Shown: positions 30,931-40,164, numbered from the stretch's first letter. The stretch is 61,985 nt of DNA from Clostridia bacterium (GCA_017451045.1 JAFSSK010000119.1:1-61985); one strand, 5' to 3'. Made by a program: numbers and translations. The notes: a model not told the origin generated them from the sequence alone.

Positions 30931-32220
30931 TTACGGCTGGCCGTTGCTGTCGCTCCCGGACGGGAAGCGGCTGCGGATGGTATACCAGACAACGACAAAA
31001 GAACCGTAACAGGCCATGAACAGTATGCAGAAATATGTTGCGAAAAAGAAGAATCCCGCAAGCAGGATGACCGGGAACAGGCGGGGCGGGCGGCCGAAAA
31101 GCGAGCGTCCGACGAACGCGAAGAAACCGACGATGAAGAGCCCCGGAGCCAGGATCATATGCAGGTTGGTGACGACCGTGTAAAATGCCGAGTTGGAATT
31201 CCTTGAGATCAGCGCCGCGATGAGACACACGACGAAGAGGACAGCGCTCACGGCGCTCATGGTGAAAGTCCTCGTTTCCGGCGTGACGTATACGCCGGAA
31301 GGGCAGATGCCCCTGTCCTGCATGACGCGGCAGGAAGAAAGCAGAACGGACTGCGTGATGAACGCGATCACGTTGCAGACGATCAGGAACAGCGCCGGCA
31401 GGATATTGAACAGCTCGTTTATGGCGTTCTGGACGGTAGCCTCATCCAGAACGGCCGCTGTGGCAGGGAACTGTTCAGCCATCAGCGCACGGACGGACAT
31501 CAGCGATTCCGCCAAAGACGCTCTGACTTCCTCTATGAAAGAGTTGATGATCTCGGCGGAAATGGCGCCGCGGGATTGAAAGATGAACACGCTTCCCAGG
31601 ACGAGCAGCCACAGGACGAAACCGGATGCCGCCGCGCACACGGAGGCTGTCCTGCCTGAATTCGACATGGTGAAGAAAGCCAGAAGGATACCGGCCGGCA
31701 GCGGCAGAAGAGCCGCCAGCGCGGGGAGGACACTGCCCGTTACCAGGAAGGCGACAGCGAACGAAACGATGACGGGCGGCAGGATGAACAGCATCCTTTT
31801 GTGTGTGATAAGGAGCGACACGCAGACCGTGCCGCAGACCAAAGACAGATAGAAAGCCGGAATGATGAAGCTCATCGTGAAGACGGAAAGCAGTCCGGCG
31901 GGCAGCATGATCAGAAGGATGGAGCCGACTGCCCGGCTTCTGATGCACAGGAAAACGCCGGCGCATACCATCACGGGAAGGGCTATGAACGGGGCGGCCT
32001 GAGAAGTCGCGAACGGAGGGAAAGCCATGCAGGCGAACAGGACCAGGGCACTTAGAACGCTCAGCCCGACCGGCAACATGGGCCTGCGGGAGGCGTCCCG
32101 CAGGGGAGACTCGCCGCCGTTCTCCGTTTTTTCGCCGGCGGGGTCTGATCCAAAGGAGGCATCGTCCGGTCCGGCATTTGGCGTTTCAAAGACCGGATAT
32201 CGAAATAATAATAACGACAT
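30931..32220 (-). CDS. YybS-like polytopic membrane protein (DUF2232-like)
   Basis: 429 aa and very hydrophobic. It sits directly upstream of gdpP, as yybS does in Bacilli. AGGAGG RBS at 32225-32230. The first 45 aa or so form a hydrophilic N-terminal extension. Confidence 0.65.
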   Translation of the reverse strand: MSLLLFRYPVFETPNAGPDDASFGSDPAGEKTENGGESPLRDASRRPMLPVGLSVLSALVLFACMAFPPFATSQAAPFIALPVMVCAGVFLCIRSRAVGSILLIMLPAGLLSVFTMSFIIPAFYLSLVCGTVCVSLLITHKRMLFILPPVIVSFAVAFLVTGSVLPALAALLPLPAGILLAFFTMSNSGRTASVCAAASGFVLWLLVLGSVFIFQSRGAISAEIINSFIEEVRASLAESLMSVRALMAEQFPATAAVLDEATVQNAINELFNILPALFLIVCNVIAFITQSVLLSSCRVMQDRGICPSGVYVTPETRTFTMSAVSAVLFVVCLIAALISRNSNSAFYTVVTNLHMILAPGLFIVGFFAFVGRSLFGRPPRLFPVILLAGFFFFATYFCILFMACYGSFVVVWYTIRSRFPSGSDSNGQP

Positions 32221-32306
32221 ATAACCTCCTTCTATAATGATATTCTAATACATTTTAGTATAACATAAAATAGAACTCTTGTAAACTAGTATTTTCTCGA
32301 AGGGAA

Positions 32307-32343
32307 GAAAAACACCGGCGCGGCAAGTCTGCCGCACCGGTGT
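32307..32343 (-). terminator. Rho-independent terminator after jag
   Basis: On the minus strand: ACACCGGTGCGGCAGACTTGCCGCGCCGGTGT hairpin followed by TTTTT. Confidence 0.8.
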
Positions 32344-32360
32344 CATATCACGGGGGTGTA

Positions 32361-33008
32361 TTACTTTTTGGCGTCCAGATAGATAACGACTTTACGGTTG
32401 TTCTCCGACCCGATGGAGTTGGTGGACACGCCGGGGATGTTCTGGATCTCGGAATGGATGATGCGGCGTTCGTACGGGTTCATCGGTTCCAGCATAACGC
32501 TTTTTTTGAACTTGAGGACCTGCTCGGCCTTTCTGCGGGCCAGGGTACGCAGGGACTCTTCTCTTTTCGCGCGATAGCCTTCAACGTCGACGGAGATCTT
32601 CGCGTATTCGCGCTTGTCGTCGCTTTCCTCTTTCCGGTTCGTCGCCAGATTCGTCAGATACTGCAGGGCGTCCAGTGTTTCGCCGTGATGACCGATCAGC
32701 ACGCTTGCACCTTCACCCTCGATGGTGATCAGCTTGTTGCCGTCATCCTTGTCCTTCATTTCGATCTTGGCGTCAAGATCCATGTTTTTGACGAGCTGGG
32801 TGATGAACGACAGGGCGATCTGCTCGCCGGCGGGAATATATGTGGCCGTGATCTTTGCGGGGGCCGAACCGATGCCGAAGAGACCGCGGCGCGGTTCCTC
32901 GTCGACAACGAAGTTGATGGCTTCGGCAGAAGGCGCGCCCAGCTGCTCTACGGCTTTGGCAACAGCCTCGTCAACTGTTTTTCCGGTAACTGTAACTTGT
33001 TCTTTCAA
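32361..33008 (-). CDS. khpB: Jag/KhpB RNA-binding protein (Jag_N-KH-R3H)
   Basis: 215 aa with N-terminal VTVTGKTVDEAVAKAVEQLG, the KH region LIGHHGETLDALQYL, and R3H LEPMNPYERRIIHSEI. Confidence 0.92.
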   Translation of the reverse strand: MKEQVTVTGKTVDEAVAKAVEQLGAPSAEAINFVVDEEPRRGLFGIGSAPAKITATYIPAGEQIALSFITQLVKNMDLDAKIEMKDKDDGNKLITIEGEGASVLIGHHGETLDALQYLTNLATNRKEESDDKREYAKISVDVEGYRAKREESLRTLARRKAEQVLKFKKSVMLEPMNPYERRIIHSEIQNIPGVSTNSIGSENNRKVVIYLDAKK

Positions 33009-33048
33009 AACAAATACTCCTTATTGTAGTTAGACTTCGTTCGTAAGA

Positions 33049-34425
33049 TTAATTGTCTTTTTTTTCTTCAGGCTCGGAAGCGTCGTCCTCAGACGGCTCT
33101 TCGGGCATGTCCTCCTCGGAGGGCTCTTCTGTAGCGGGTTCTTCAACGGCAGGTTCCTCGAGAACAGATTCTTCTGCAGCGGGTTCTTCGGCAGGCTTGG
33201 TGTCCTCGGCTGAGCCTTTCTTGGCTTTTTTGCTCTTGCGGGAACGGCGGTCGTCGTCCTTCAGCTGCGCGGATTCGATGATCCCGCCGGCGGGAGGTTC
33301 TGCTCCGGCTGTGCTTTCGGCAGGCGCATCGGGCTCTTCTTCTTTTGCGATCTCGGCCTTGTTCACGGGCGGCAGGTAATCGTCGTCGTCAATATGGTGC
33401 AGGGAACGCACGGCCGGTCTCGGGCCATCGGACTGATCCTGGGAGGAGCGCTTGGGCGCTTTTCCGGCCAGTTCGCGTTCGGCAGCCTTGTAGTCTTCCT
33501 CGGTGAATTTCGGAAGCGGCATCGCCTTGTACAAAATGAACTGCTTGCCCGTACCTAAAATGCTCTTGAAGATCCAGTAAACGCCGACAGCAGCCGGTAC
33601 AACGAATGTGATGTACACGGAGAACAGCGGCATGGCGATATCCATTACCTTGTTGGAGCATCCCATGTCCTGCGTCTGCGTCGTCGGCTGGTAGGTGAGC
33701 CTTCTGGTGAGCTTCATACTGCCGAAATACGTGCCGAACGTAAGGACAGGAACGGCCCAGAGCCAGCTGGGCTGGGTGATAGTCGGGATCAGACCGAGGT
33801 TGATCGTGTTGAAAAGATAGAGATTTGGAAGACCTTCCGCCATAGCGGCTTCCAGTTCTCCAAGGTATGTAGCGCCGTTTTCACCGACAAAAGCGGCGAA
33901 CCCGCTCTGGATGTTCGCCCAGGTCTCCGGATTGTTCAAATGGGTGATGATCTCGATGGTGCTCCTGGCGTTGCCGCCGATGGTAAGGCCCAGACCGCCT
34001 TCTGCCGTGGCAGTAGTCAGGAAAGTCCTGAGCGCATCGATCGCTGCGGTGGAGACGCGCATCTCATAATGCAGGGGGTTGATGACCACGTAGTACAGGA
34101 TCATGATGATCGGGATCTGGAGCAAAAGCGGAAGGCAGCCCGCGAACTGGTTGAAGTGCTCCTTCTGGTACAGTTCCTGGATCTCCTGCGCGATCTTCTG
34201 CTTGGTAGCGTTGTCATCTCTGCCCGCGTATTTTTTTCTGATGGCCATTTCCTTTGGCCTGAGTCTGGCCTGCTTGATGGAATTCTTCTGCTGCATGATG
34301 CCGAACGGCAGCATGATGATCTCGATGACCAGCGCGAAGAGGAGCAGGGCCAGGATGTAGTGGTTGTTGGTCAGACGGCTTAACAGTTTTAGAAACTGGC
34401 CGATTCCGGTCAAAATAGCATCCAT
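33049..34425 (-). CDS. yidC: YidC/Oxa1-family membrane protein insertase with a long charged C-terminal tail
   Basis: 458 aa. The core has LPFGIMQQKNSIKQARLRPKEMAIRKKY and NQFAGCLPLLLQIPI. The last 150 aa or so are Glu/Pro/Ala/Lys-rich low complexity. Confidence 0.93.
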   Translation of the reverse strand: MDAILTGIGQFLKLLSRLTNNHYILALLLFALVIEIIMLPFGIMQQKNSIKQARLRPKEMAIRKKYAGRDDNATKQKIAQEIQELYQKEHFNQFAGCLPLLLQIPIIMILYYVVINPLHYEMRVSTAAIDALRTFLTTATAEGGLGLTIGGNARSTIEIITHLNNPETWANIQSGFAAFVGENGATYLGELEAAMAEGLPNLYLFNTINLGLIPTITQPSWLWAVPVLTFGTYFGSMKLTRRLTYQPTTQTQDMGCSNKVMDIAMPLFSVYITFVVPAAVGVYWIFKSILGTGKQFILYKAMPLPKFTEEDYKAAERELAGKAPKRSSQDQSDGPRPAVRSLHHIDDDDYLPPVNKAEIAKEEEPDAPAESTAGAEPPAGGIIESAQLKDDDRRSRKSKKAKKGSAEDTKPAEEPAAEESVLEEPAVEEPATEEPSEEDMPEEPSEDDASEPEEKKDN

Positions 34426-34517
34426 GGTGTGATGTGCCGTTGGCAGTTTTGATCAACTGCCGGCTTTCCTCTCATAAAAGATAAAGGGACATGCGGGATC
34501 TGTGTCCCGGCACGCGT

Positions 34518-34817
34518 TCATTGCTCGTAAGGTCTCCTGTATTTCAAAACACCCTTTTCCGATTTTTGCTCGTCTTCCGGTATCTGGTGATGCCGGAACC
34601 CCTTGTCCGGGACCGGGTCGTATCCGGGGGCGCAAAACGGGTTGCACCGGAGGATGCGGTAGACGGTCAGGATCAGGCCCGCAAAAAAGCCTCGTTTCTG
34701 AAACGCCTGGATGGCGTAGGCTGAACATGAAGGATAGAACCTGCATGAAGGATTTCGTTTTAAGGGGGACAGGAATTTCTGATAAAAGCGGATGAGTCCG
34801 ATACAAATGTGTTTCAT
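34518..34817 (-). CDS. yidD: Membrane protein insertion efficiency factor YidD
   Basis: 99 aa from [35 protein letters not shown] (hallmark YidD motif). The start sits 2 nt after the rnpA stop. The track ORF is N-terminally over-extended. Confidence 0.9.
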   Translation of the reverse strand: MKHICIGLIRFYQKFLSPLKRNPSCRFYPSCSAYAIQAFQKRGFFAGLILTVYRILRCNPFCAPGYDPVPDKGFRHHQIPEDEQKSEKGVLKYRRPYEQ

Positions 34818-34819
34818 AG

Positions 34820-35230
34820 TCAGTCGGCCGGCCGGTCTTCCCGGCTTTCGGGTCTTATCAGGCCCAGGCTGCAAAACGCTGTTCGCAGCTCGGCGCACAC
34901 CTGCGGGCTTTTAACAGTCTCTGCAGAGACGGCAGGATGCGCGCTGATGACGATCAGCCAGCCTGTTTCGACGGTTTCGGTGCGAACGATCTGCTGCAGC
35001 GCGGCGCGGATCAGGCGTTTGGCCCTGTTGCGGACAACGGCCCCGCCGATCTTCTTCGTGACGGAAATGCCGATCCGGTTGATGCGGCGTTTTAACGGGT
35101 TCGCTCTTTTCAGCCGTTCCGCCGCGTAATCGCGAAGCAGGAAAACGGAGATGAAGCGGCCGCTCCAGCGCCGACCTTTCGTGAAGGCCTTGGCGTATAA
35201 ATGATTCTCTGTAATGGCATAGAATTTCAT
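34820..35230 (-). CDS. rnpA: Ribonuclease P protein component
   Basis: 136 aa with the RNR-type motif [22 protein letters not shown]. Context is rpmH-rnpA-yidD-yidC. Confidence 0.92.
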   Translation of the reverse strand: MKFYAITENHLYAKAFTKGRRWSGRFISVFLLRDYAAERLKRANPLKRRINRIGISVTKKIGGAVVRNRAKRLIRAALQQIVRTETVETGWLIVISAHPAVSAETVKSPQVCAELRTAFCSLGLIRPESREDRPAD

Positions 35231-35421
35231 AAAATCCCCGCATCGGCTGAGTTAGGTGGATTCATCGGTTGTTCATACCCGGGATGTTTCGTTTTCGTGT
35301 AGATGATTGGGTTGATTAATACAAAACCTCCGATAACACCAGGCTTGAAACGGCGACTGGCGGCATCAGAGGTTTATCGGTTCACGCATGTGAACATGCA
35401 GGAATGCGGCTGAAATATTTA

Positions 35422-35556
35422 TTAGTATGTCAGTCTTTTTCTGCCTTTAGCGCGTCTTCTCTTGAGCACATTTCTGCCGTCGGCGGTATGCATTCTTTTT
35501 CTGAAGCCGTGTTCTTTTTTTCTTTGGCGCTTTTTAGGCTGGTAGGTTCTAAGCAT
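35422..35556 (-). CDS. rpmH: 50S ribosomal protein L34
   Basis: 44 aa: [44 protein letters not shown]. This is the internal Met of the 84-aa track ORF, preceded by GGAGGTGA. Confidence 0.97.
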   Translation of the reverse strand: MLRTYQPKKRQRKKEHGFRKRMHTADGRNVLKRRRAKGRKRLTY

Positions 35557-35646
35557 GACTGTCACCTCCTTCAATGGATTCGAAAACAATGAAACATCGT
35601 GATCAATGGGGTAAAAACGTTTCACTTTTACGCAATGACGAACCCC

Positions 35647-35676
35647 ATTATAATATATAGATATTTGATTTGTCAA
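35647..35676 (-). promoter_or_regulatory. Near-consensus sigma-A promoter for rpmH
   Basis: On the minus strand: TTGACA (35676-35671), 18-nt spacer, TATAAT (35652-35647). Confidence 0.7.
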
Positions 35677-35788
35677 GAGATTTTTTCAATTTGAGGGAAA
35701 GAGGGCGGGAAAAACGGTAAAAAGGGAAAAGATGCCGTCCCTCACTTGAAATCTTCCCGGCGATATGAGAAAATGGAACCGGGAGATG

Positions 35789-36421
35789 TCAGAAAAGGTC
35801 TGACACGGCCCGGATGATGCTTTCGCTGACCTCTTCCACGGTGCCGCCGGCGTCGATGACGCAGATGCGGTCCCGGCTCTTGAGCTGCTCGAAAACGTTG
35901 AAAAACTGATCACGGACTTTTTTCAGCGTGTCGATATTCTCATAGATCTCCGTGACGGACCGGTTCCTGGCGATCCGGTCAAGGCTTACCTCGGGCTTAA
36001 GATCCAGGAAGACGCAAAGATCCGGTTTCAGGATGTCCGGGCACTGGAGATTGAGGGCGCTGACCCAGTCGTAGTCGGTCATCGAACCCTGATAGGCAAG
36101 TGTGGAATAGTAGTACCTGTCGCAGATCACGTCCTGACCGGACGCAAGGATATTGCGGATGCCGGAAACAGGGTTGGTGTTGTGGAAGATCCGGTCCGCG
36201 ACGAAAAGCGCGGTCATTTCACAGGCGGTTTTTTCGGTAAGCCCTTCAAGCGCGTCGCGGATGATCCCGCCTATCGTTGAATTCGTCGGTTCGGCGGTCG
36301 TGTGGACGGCCCGGCCGCGGGATTTCAGCCAGGCGGTCAAAAGGGAGATCTGCGTCGTTTTGCCGGCGCCGTCAATGCCTTCGAAGACGATGAATTTACC
36401 TCTCGCTGGTTGGTTCTGCAT
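35789..36421 (-). CDS. tmk: dTMP (thymidylate) kinase
   Basis: 210 aa with the P-loop FIVFEGIDGAGKTTQ, plus DRYYYSTLAYQG. AAGGAG RBS. Confidence 0.93.
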   Translation of the reverse strand: MQNQPARGKFIVFEGIDGAGKTTQISLLTAWLKSRGRAVHTTAEPTNSTIGGIIRDALEGLTEKTACEMTALFVADRIFHNTNPVSGIRNILASGQDVICDRYYYSTLAYQGSMTDYDWVSALNLQCPDILKPDLCVFLDLKPEVSLDRIARNRSVTEIYENIDTLKKVRDQFFNVFEQLKSRDRICVIDAGGTVEEVSESIIRAVSDLF

Positions 36422-36492
36422 GATATATAACTCCTTAAGATATTCTTTTGGGACGATGGCCCCGGAACGGGAGCCGGAAAGGAGAAAACAGG

Positions 36493-37302
36493 ATGGGATG
36501 GACTGAAGCGCAAAGGGATCCGGCCCCTTCCGAAGCGCTGCATTTCAACGTGGTGCTGCGGAAGAATCTTTCCGCGGGATCCGAACAGGGGGACGGGATC
36601 GGTACGCTGGGCCAGAAGCGCATGCACGCGATCTGGAAGGACTACTACTGCTCGGACCGGTCCTGCCAGGAGATCCGCGTCGAGCCGAAAACGGGGAAGG
36701 GCAGATACATTGCGGACGTGCTGAGCGGAGACACCGTCACGGAGGTCCAGACCGGAAGTCTCAGTTCGCTGCGGAACAAGATCGACTGGTATCTGACGAT
36801 GACGGATTATAAGATCAGGGTCGTGCACCCGATCGTTCCGATCAGGTGGGTCCACTGGATCGAGCCGGACACCGGGAAGATCGGGCCGAAGCGCCGGTCT
36901 CCCAAAAAAGAGGGGATCGACCAGATCGTCCGAGAGCTGTACTGGATGATACCCCACCTTGACGAGGCACGGATCAGCTTTGTGTTCCCAATGGTCGAGA
37001 CGGAAGATTTCAAGCTGAGGAACGGATGGGGAAAAGACAAAAAACGCGGGGCAGAGCGCTACGAGCGCATCCCGGTGAAGCTTCTGTCTTTCGTAAACTA
37101 TGAAAAGCCGGAAGACTACCTGACGCTTCTGCCGGACGGCGGGCTGCCCGAGGTGTTCACGGCCGCCGACCTGTCAAGGCAGATGAGGGGAACGGAGAGC
37201 ATCACCGCCTATACGATTTTAAAAATCCTGAGCAGGCTCGGGTATCTTGAAAGTGCCGGAACGGTAGGTCACAGCGCGGCTTTCAGGCTCACGACACAAT
37301 AA
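36493..37302 (+). CDS. Hypothetical protein with a CoiA-like PD-(D/E)xK nuclease motif and a C-terminal winged-helix-like region
   Basis: 269 aa from the ATG at 36493 (AGGAG RBS 10 nt upstream; the track start at 36448 is less likely). Contains H..WK...E...GRYIADVLSGDTVTEVQTGSLSSLRNKIDWY, an H-K / D / ExQ arrangement recalled from CoiA-type nucleases. The C-terminal ITAYTILKILSRLGYLES is HTH-like. It is the only + strand gene in a 17-kb minus block. Confidence 0.55.
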   Translation: MGWTEAQRDPAPSEALHFNVVLRKNLSAGSEQGDGIGTLGQKRMHAIWKDYYCSDRSCQEIRVEPKTGKGRYIADVLSGDTVTEVQTGSLSSLRNKIDWYLTMTDYKIRVVHPIVPIRWVHWIEPDTGKIGPKRRSPKKEGIDQIVRELYWMIPHLDEARISFVFPMVETEDFKLRNGWGKDKKRGAERYERIPVKLLSFVNYEKPEDYLTLLPDGGLPEVFTAADLSRQMRGTESITAYTILKILSRLGYLESAGTVGHSAAFRLTTQ

Positions 37303-37306
37303 CTGT

Positions 37307-38713
37307 CTATTTGCCGACGCAAAAGTGGGAAAAGATCGAAGAGACGATATCCTCGGACACTTTTCTCCCGTCCACTTCGCACAGGCACTCCATGATCTGC
37401 TCCACGGATTCGCCGACGATGTCCAGCGGCAGACCGTCTGCCAGCGCCTGCCTGGCCTCGGAAAAGGCCTGGAGCGAGCGGAGCATGGCCCCGTACTGGC
37501 GGGCATTGGCAACGATCGCGTCTTCCGACGTGTTCAGCTTGCTGTCTATGAACAGGGAGTCGACGGCGTCATTGAGCTGACTGAGTCCCTCCCCGGTAAG
37601 CGCGGACAGCCGGACTGGCTGCCCGAGGCTTTCAACGAGAGAAATATCGAACACCCCCGGCAGATCGGACTTGGTGATGACGGGGATAATCGCGACGGGT
37701 CTTGAAGCCTTTTCGGCAGAAAGATCCGCCGCCAGTTTTTTGTCTTCGGGACCAGCGGGTCTTGACCCGTCGAACAGGGCAAGGATCAGTTCCGCCGCAG
37801 ACACCTGTTCGAGTGCCCTGGCTACGCCGATCTTTTCGACGGGGTCGTCCGTGCTCCTCAGCCCGGCGGTGTCCGTCAGCCGGAGCGTTACGCGCCCGGC
37901 AGTCACGGTTTCCGTCAGAAGGTCGCGGGTGGTCCCCGCGATATCCGTCACGATGGCCGCGTCCCGGCCGACAAGGCGGTTGTACAGAGAGCTTTTGCCG
38001 GCGTTGACTGCGCCGCAGATGACGGTCGGGATCCCTTCCGCGATCGCGTGGCCCGTCCCGTACGTTGAGACGAGATCCCGTATCTCGGATTCGGTCGAAT
38101 CCAGGATCTCTCCTATCTCCCCGGGGCCGAGTTCCTTCAGGTCCTCGTCCGGATAGTCGATGGCGGCGTATACGCTCGAAAGGACCAGGCACAGCCGGTC
38201 ATACTGCTTCTTAATCGCGCGGGACAGCGTTCCCGTCATCCCGGCGTGAGACAGCTTGATCTGCTCCCGGGAAGTCGCCTCGAGCAGATTGGCCAGCGCC
38301 TCCGCGGCGTCAAGACCCATCTTTCCGTTGACGAAACCGCGACGGGTGAACTCGCCTGCCTCAGCCTGTCTTGCCCCCAGCGCGAAAACGCCTGCAAGGA
38401 CCGTTTCCGTCAGGAGGATGCCGCCGTGGCAGCAGATCTCAGCAACGGTCTCGCCTGTGAACGACGCGGGCGCTTTGTACAGCACGGCGATCCCGTCGTC
38501 GACGCGGTTCCACCCGTCAGGTGCCGAATGATCGGGCGCCAGGATCGTTCCGTAAACGGCAGTCCGCGGCGTGCGTTCCGCGAACGGGCGGCCGCTTGCG
38601 GGAATGAATATTCTGTTGGCAATGGCGGCGGCGTCCGGTCCGGAGATCCGGATCATGGCTACACCGCCTTTTCCGCGCGGCGTGCTGACGGCGGCGATCG
38701 TGTCACCGAGCAT
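37307..38713 (-). CDS. mnmE: tRNA modification GTPase MnmE (TrmE/ThdF)
   Basis: 468 aa starting DTIAAVSTPRGKGGVAMIRISG. G-domain GAVNAGKSSLYN and DTAGLR. C-terminal FCVGK tetrapeptide. Confidence 0.95.
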   Translation of the reverse strand: MLGDTIAAVSTPRGKGGVAMIRISGPDAAAIANRIFIPASGRPFAERTPRTAVYGTILAPDHSAPDGWNRVDDGIAVLYKAPASFTGETVAEICCHGGILLTETVLAGVFALGARQAEAGEFTRRGFVNGKMGLDAAEALANLLEATSREQIKLSHAGMTGTLSRAIKKQYDRLCLVLSSVYAAIDYPDEDLKELGPGEIGEILDSTESEIRDLVSTYGTGHAIAEGIPTVICGAVNAGKSSLYNRLVGRDAAIVTDIAGTTRDLLTETVTAGRVTLRLTDTAGLRSTDDPVEKIGVARALEQVSAAELILALFDGSRPAGPEDKKLAADLSAEKASRPVAIIPVITKSDLPGVFDISLVESLGQPVRLSALTGEGLSQLNDAVDSLFIDSKLNTSEDAIVANARQYGAMLRSLQAFSEARQALADGLPLDIVGESVEQIMECLCEVDGRKVSEDIVSSIFSHFCVGK

Positions 38714-38720
38714 GATCAGA

Positions 38721-40100
38721 TCACCCCTCTGCCGGTTCGGCTCTGTCTGCCGTCAGGACGGAAACGGATTCCTTTTTCCGGACATATCCGGCGATCACCC
38801 GGATCAGTTCTTCCGCCTCGGCGGAGATCTGTTCGCCGGTGTCCATGTTCTTCAGGGTATATTTGCCGGAAGCCAGTTCGTCTTCACCGATGAAAAGGAC
38901 GAACGGGATGCCGGTCCTGTTAGCGTAATTCAGCTTTGATTTCAGCTTTCCTGATTCCAGATAGACCTGCGTTTTGATCCCGCCGGAGCGGAAAGCCGCG
39001 CCTGCGGCAAAAGCAGGCTCCGGATCGTCTGTCATCGGGACGACGAGCAGATCGGCGGGAGAGGTGAAAGCCGTGCTCACGCAAGACCTGTCGGACAGGA
39101 TGAAGAAAAGCCTTGTAAGGCCTATGGAGATCCCCACGCCCGGCAGTTTCCGGTTGGTGTAGTATCCGGCCAGGTTGTCGTATCTGCCGCCGGAGCAGAC
39201 GCTTCCGATTTCGGGGTAGCGGCACAGCGTCGTTTCGTAGACGGTGCCGGTGTAGTAATCGAGGCCACGGGCGATCGACAGATCGATCGAATAGTTCTTT
39301 TCCGGTACGCCGTAGGCGGCAATCCCGGCAATGACCTGCTCCAGTTCGTCCACGCCTTCGCAAAACTGCTCGTTTTCAGACGGGATCGCGCGGAGCGAGG
39401 CGAGCAGTTCGCTGTTCGTCCCCTTCAGGGACATAAGGTCGAGGATCTTGCCGATCTGTTCTTCGGAAACGCCGAGCTCACGCAGCTCGTCCGCCACTTT
39501 CTCGCGGCCGATCTTGTCCGTCTTGTCCACGATCCGCATGATCTCTGCGGCCCGGTCGGACAGACCGAGCATGGCGTAAAAGCCGGTCAGGATCTTCCGG
39601 TTGTTGATGCGGATCACAAAATCGTCAAGTCCCAGTTTCGTGAATATCGTGTAGATGATGCTGGGCATTTCCGCGTCGTTGCGGATGCTTAGGCTCCCGT
39701 CCCCGATGATATCGATGTCAGACTGATAGAATTCACGGAATCTTCCGCGCTGCGCCCGCTCCCCGCGGTAGACTTTGCCGATCTGGTAGCGGCGGAAAGG
39801 GAAGGCTAGCTCGCCTGCGTTCTTGGCGACATATTTTGCCAGCGGGACCGTCAGGTCGAACCGCATCGTCAGATCGTTGTCGCCTTTCTGGAACCGGTAG
39901 ATCTGTTTTTCCGTTTCCCCTCCGGCTTTGGCAAGCAGAACGTCAGAGGACTCCAGGACAGGCGTGTCGAGCGGGTAGAAGCCGTACAGGCGGTATGTCT
40001 CTTCCAGCACGGCGCGTATTTTTTCGAACTGCATCTGTTCGGACGGAAGCAGTTCCATAAAACCCGAAAGCGTTTTCGGGGTAATCAGTTGATTGGACAT
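38721..40100 (-). CDS. hisS: Histidine--tRNA ligase
   Basis: 459 aa with class II motifs: FRRYQIGKVYRGERAQRGRFREFYQSDIDIIG, HisRS-like GGRYDNL, and an anticodon-binding C-domain. Confidence 0.85.
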   Translation of the reverse strand: MSNQLITPKTLSGFMELLPSEQMQFEKIRAVLEETYRLYGFYPLDTPVLESSDVLLAKAGGETEKQIYRFQKGDNDLTMRFDLTVPLAKYVAKNAGELAFPFRRYQIGKVYRGERAQRGRFREFYQSDIDIIGDGSLSIRNDAEMPSIIYTIFTKLGLDDFVIRINNRKILTGFYAMLGLSDRAAEIMRIVDKTDKIGREKVADELRELGVSEEQIGKILDLMSLKGTNSELLASLRAIPSENEQFCEGVDELEQVIAGIAAYGVPEKNYSIDLSIARGLDYYTGTVYETTLCRYPEIGSVCSGGRYDNLAGYYTNRKLPGVGISIGLTRLFFILSDRSCVSTAFTSPADLLVVPMTDDPEPAFAAGAAFRSGGIKTQVYLESGKLKSKLNYANRTGIPFVLFIGEDELASGKYTLKNMDTGEQISAEAEELIRVIAGYVRKKESVSVLTADRAEPAEG

Positions 40101-40135
40101 AAAAATGAGTTGCTCCTCAAAAAGTTATTTCCATT

Positions 40136-40164
40136 ATTATATACCAACTCAGCCTGCTAGTCAA
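40136..40164 (-). promoter_or_regulatory. Sigma-A promoter for hisS
   Basis: On the minus strand: TTGACT (40164-40159), 17-nt spacer, TATAAT (40141-40136). It leaves only a 5' UTR of about 30 nt with a GAGGAG RBS. Confidence 0.7.

Noticed and set aside
28697-31009. 770-aa ORF on the + strand spanning all of gdpP and part of yybS
   Set aside because: It is exactly antisense to a gene with clear DHH/DHHA1 motifs. Its composition is Arg/Gly/Val/Asp-rich with no motifs, and it has no RBS. Long stop-free antisense frames are expected in GC-rich coding DNA.
36380-36492. Promoter for the orphan nuclease-like gene or for tmk in the 71-bp divergent gap
   Set aside because: The candidate hexamers (TTGGTT at 36410, TATATA at 36424, TAAGAT at 36436) have spacers of 8 or 20 nt. 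None fits a sigma-A promoter, so none is reported.
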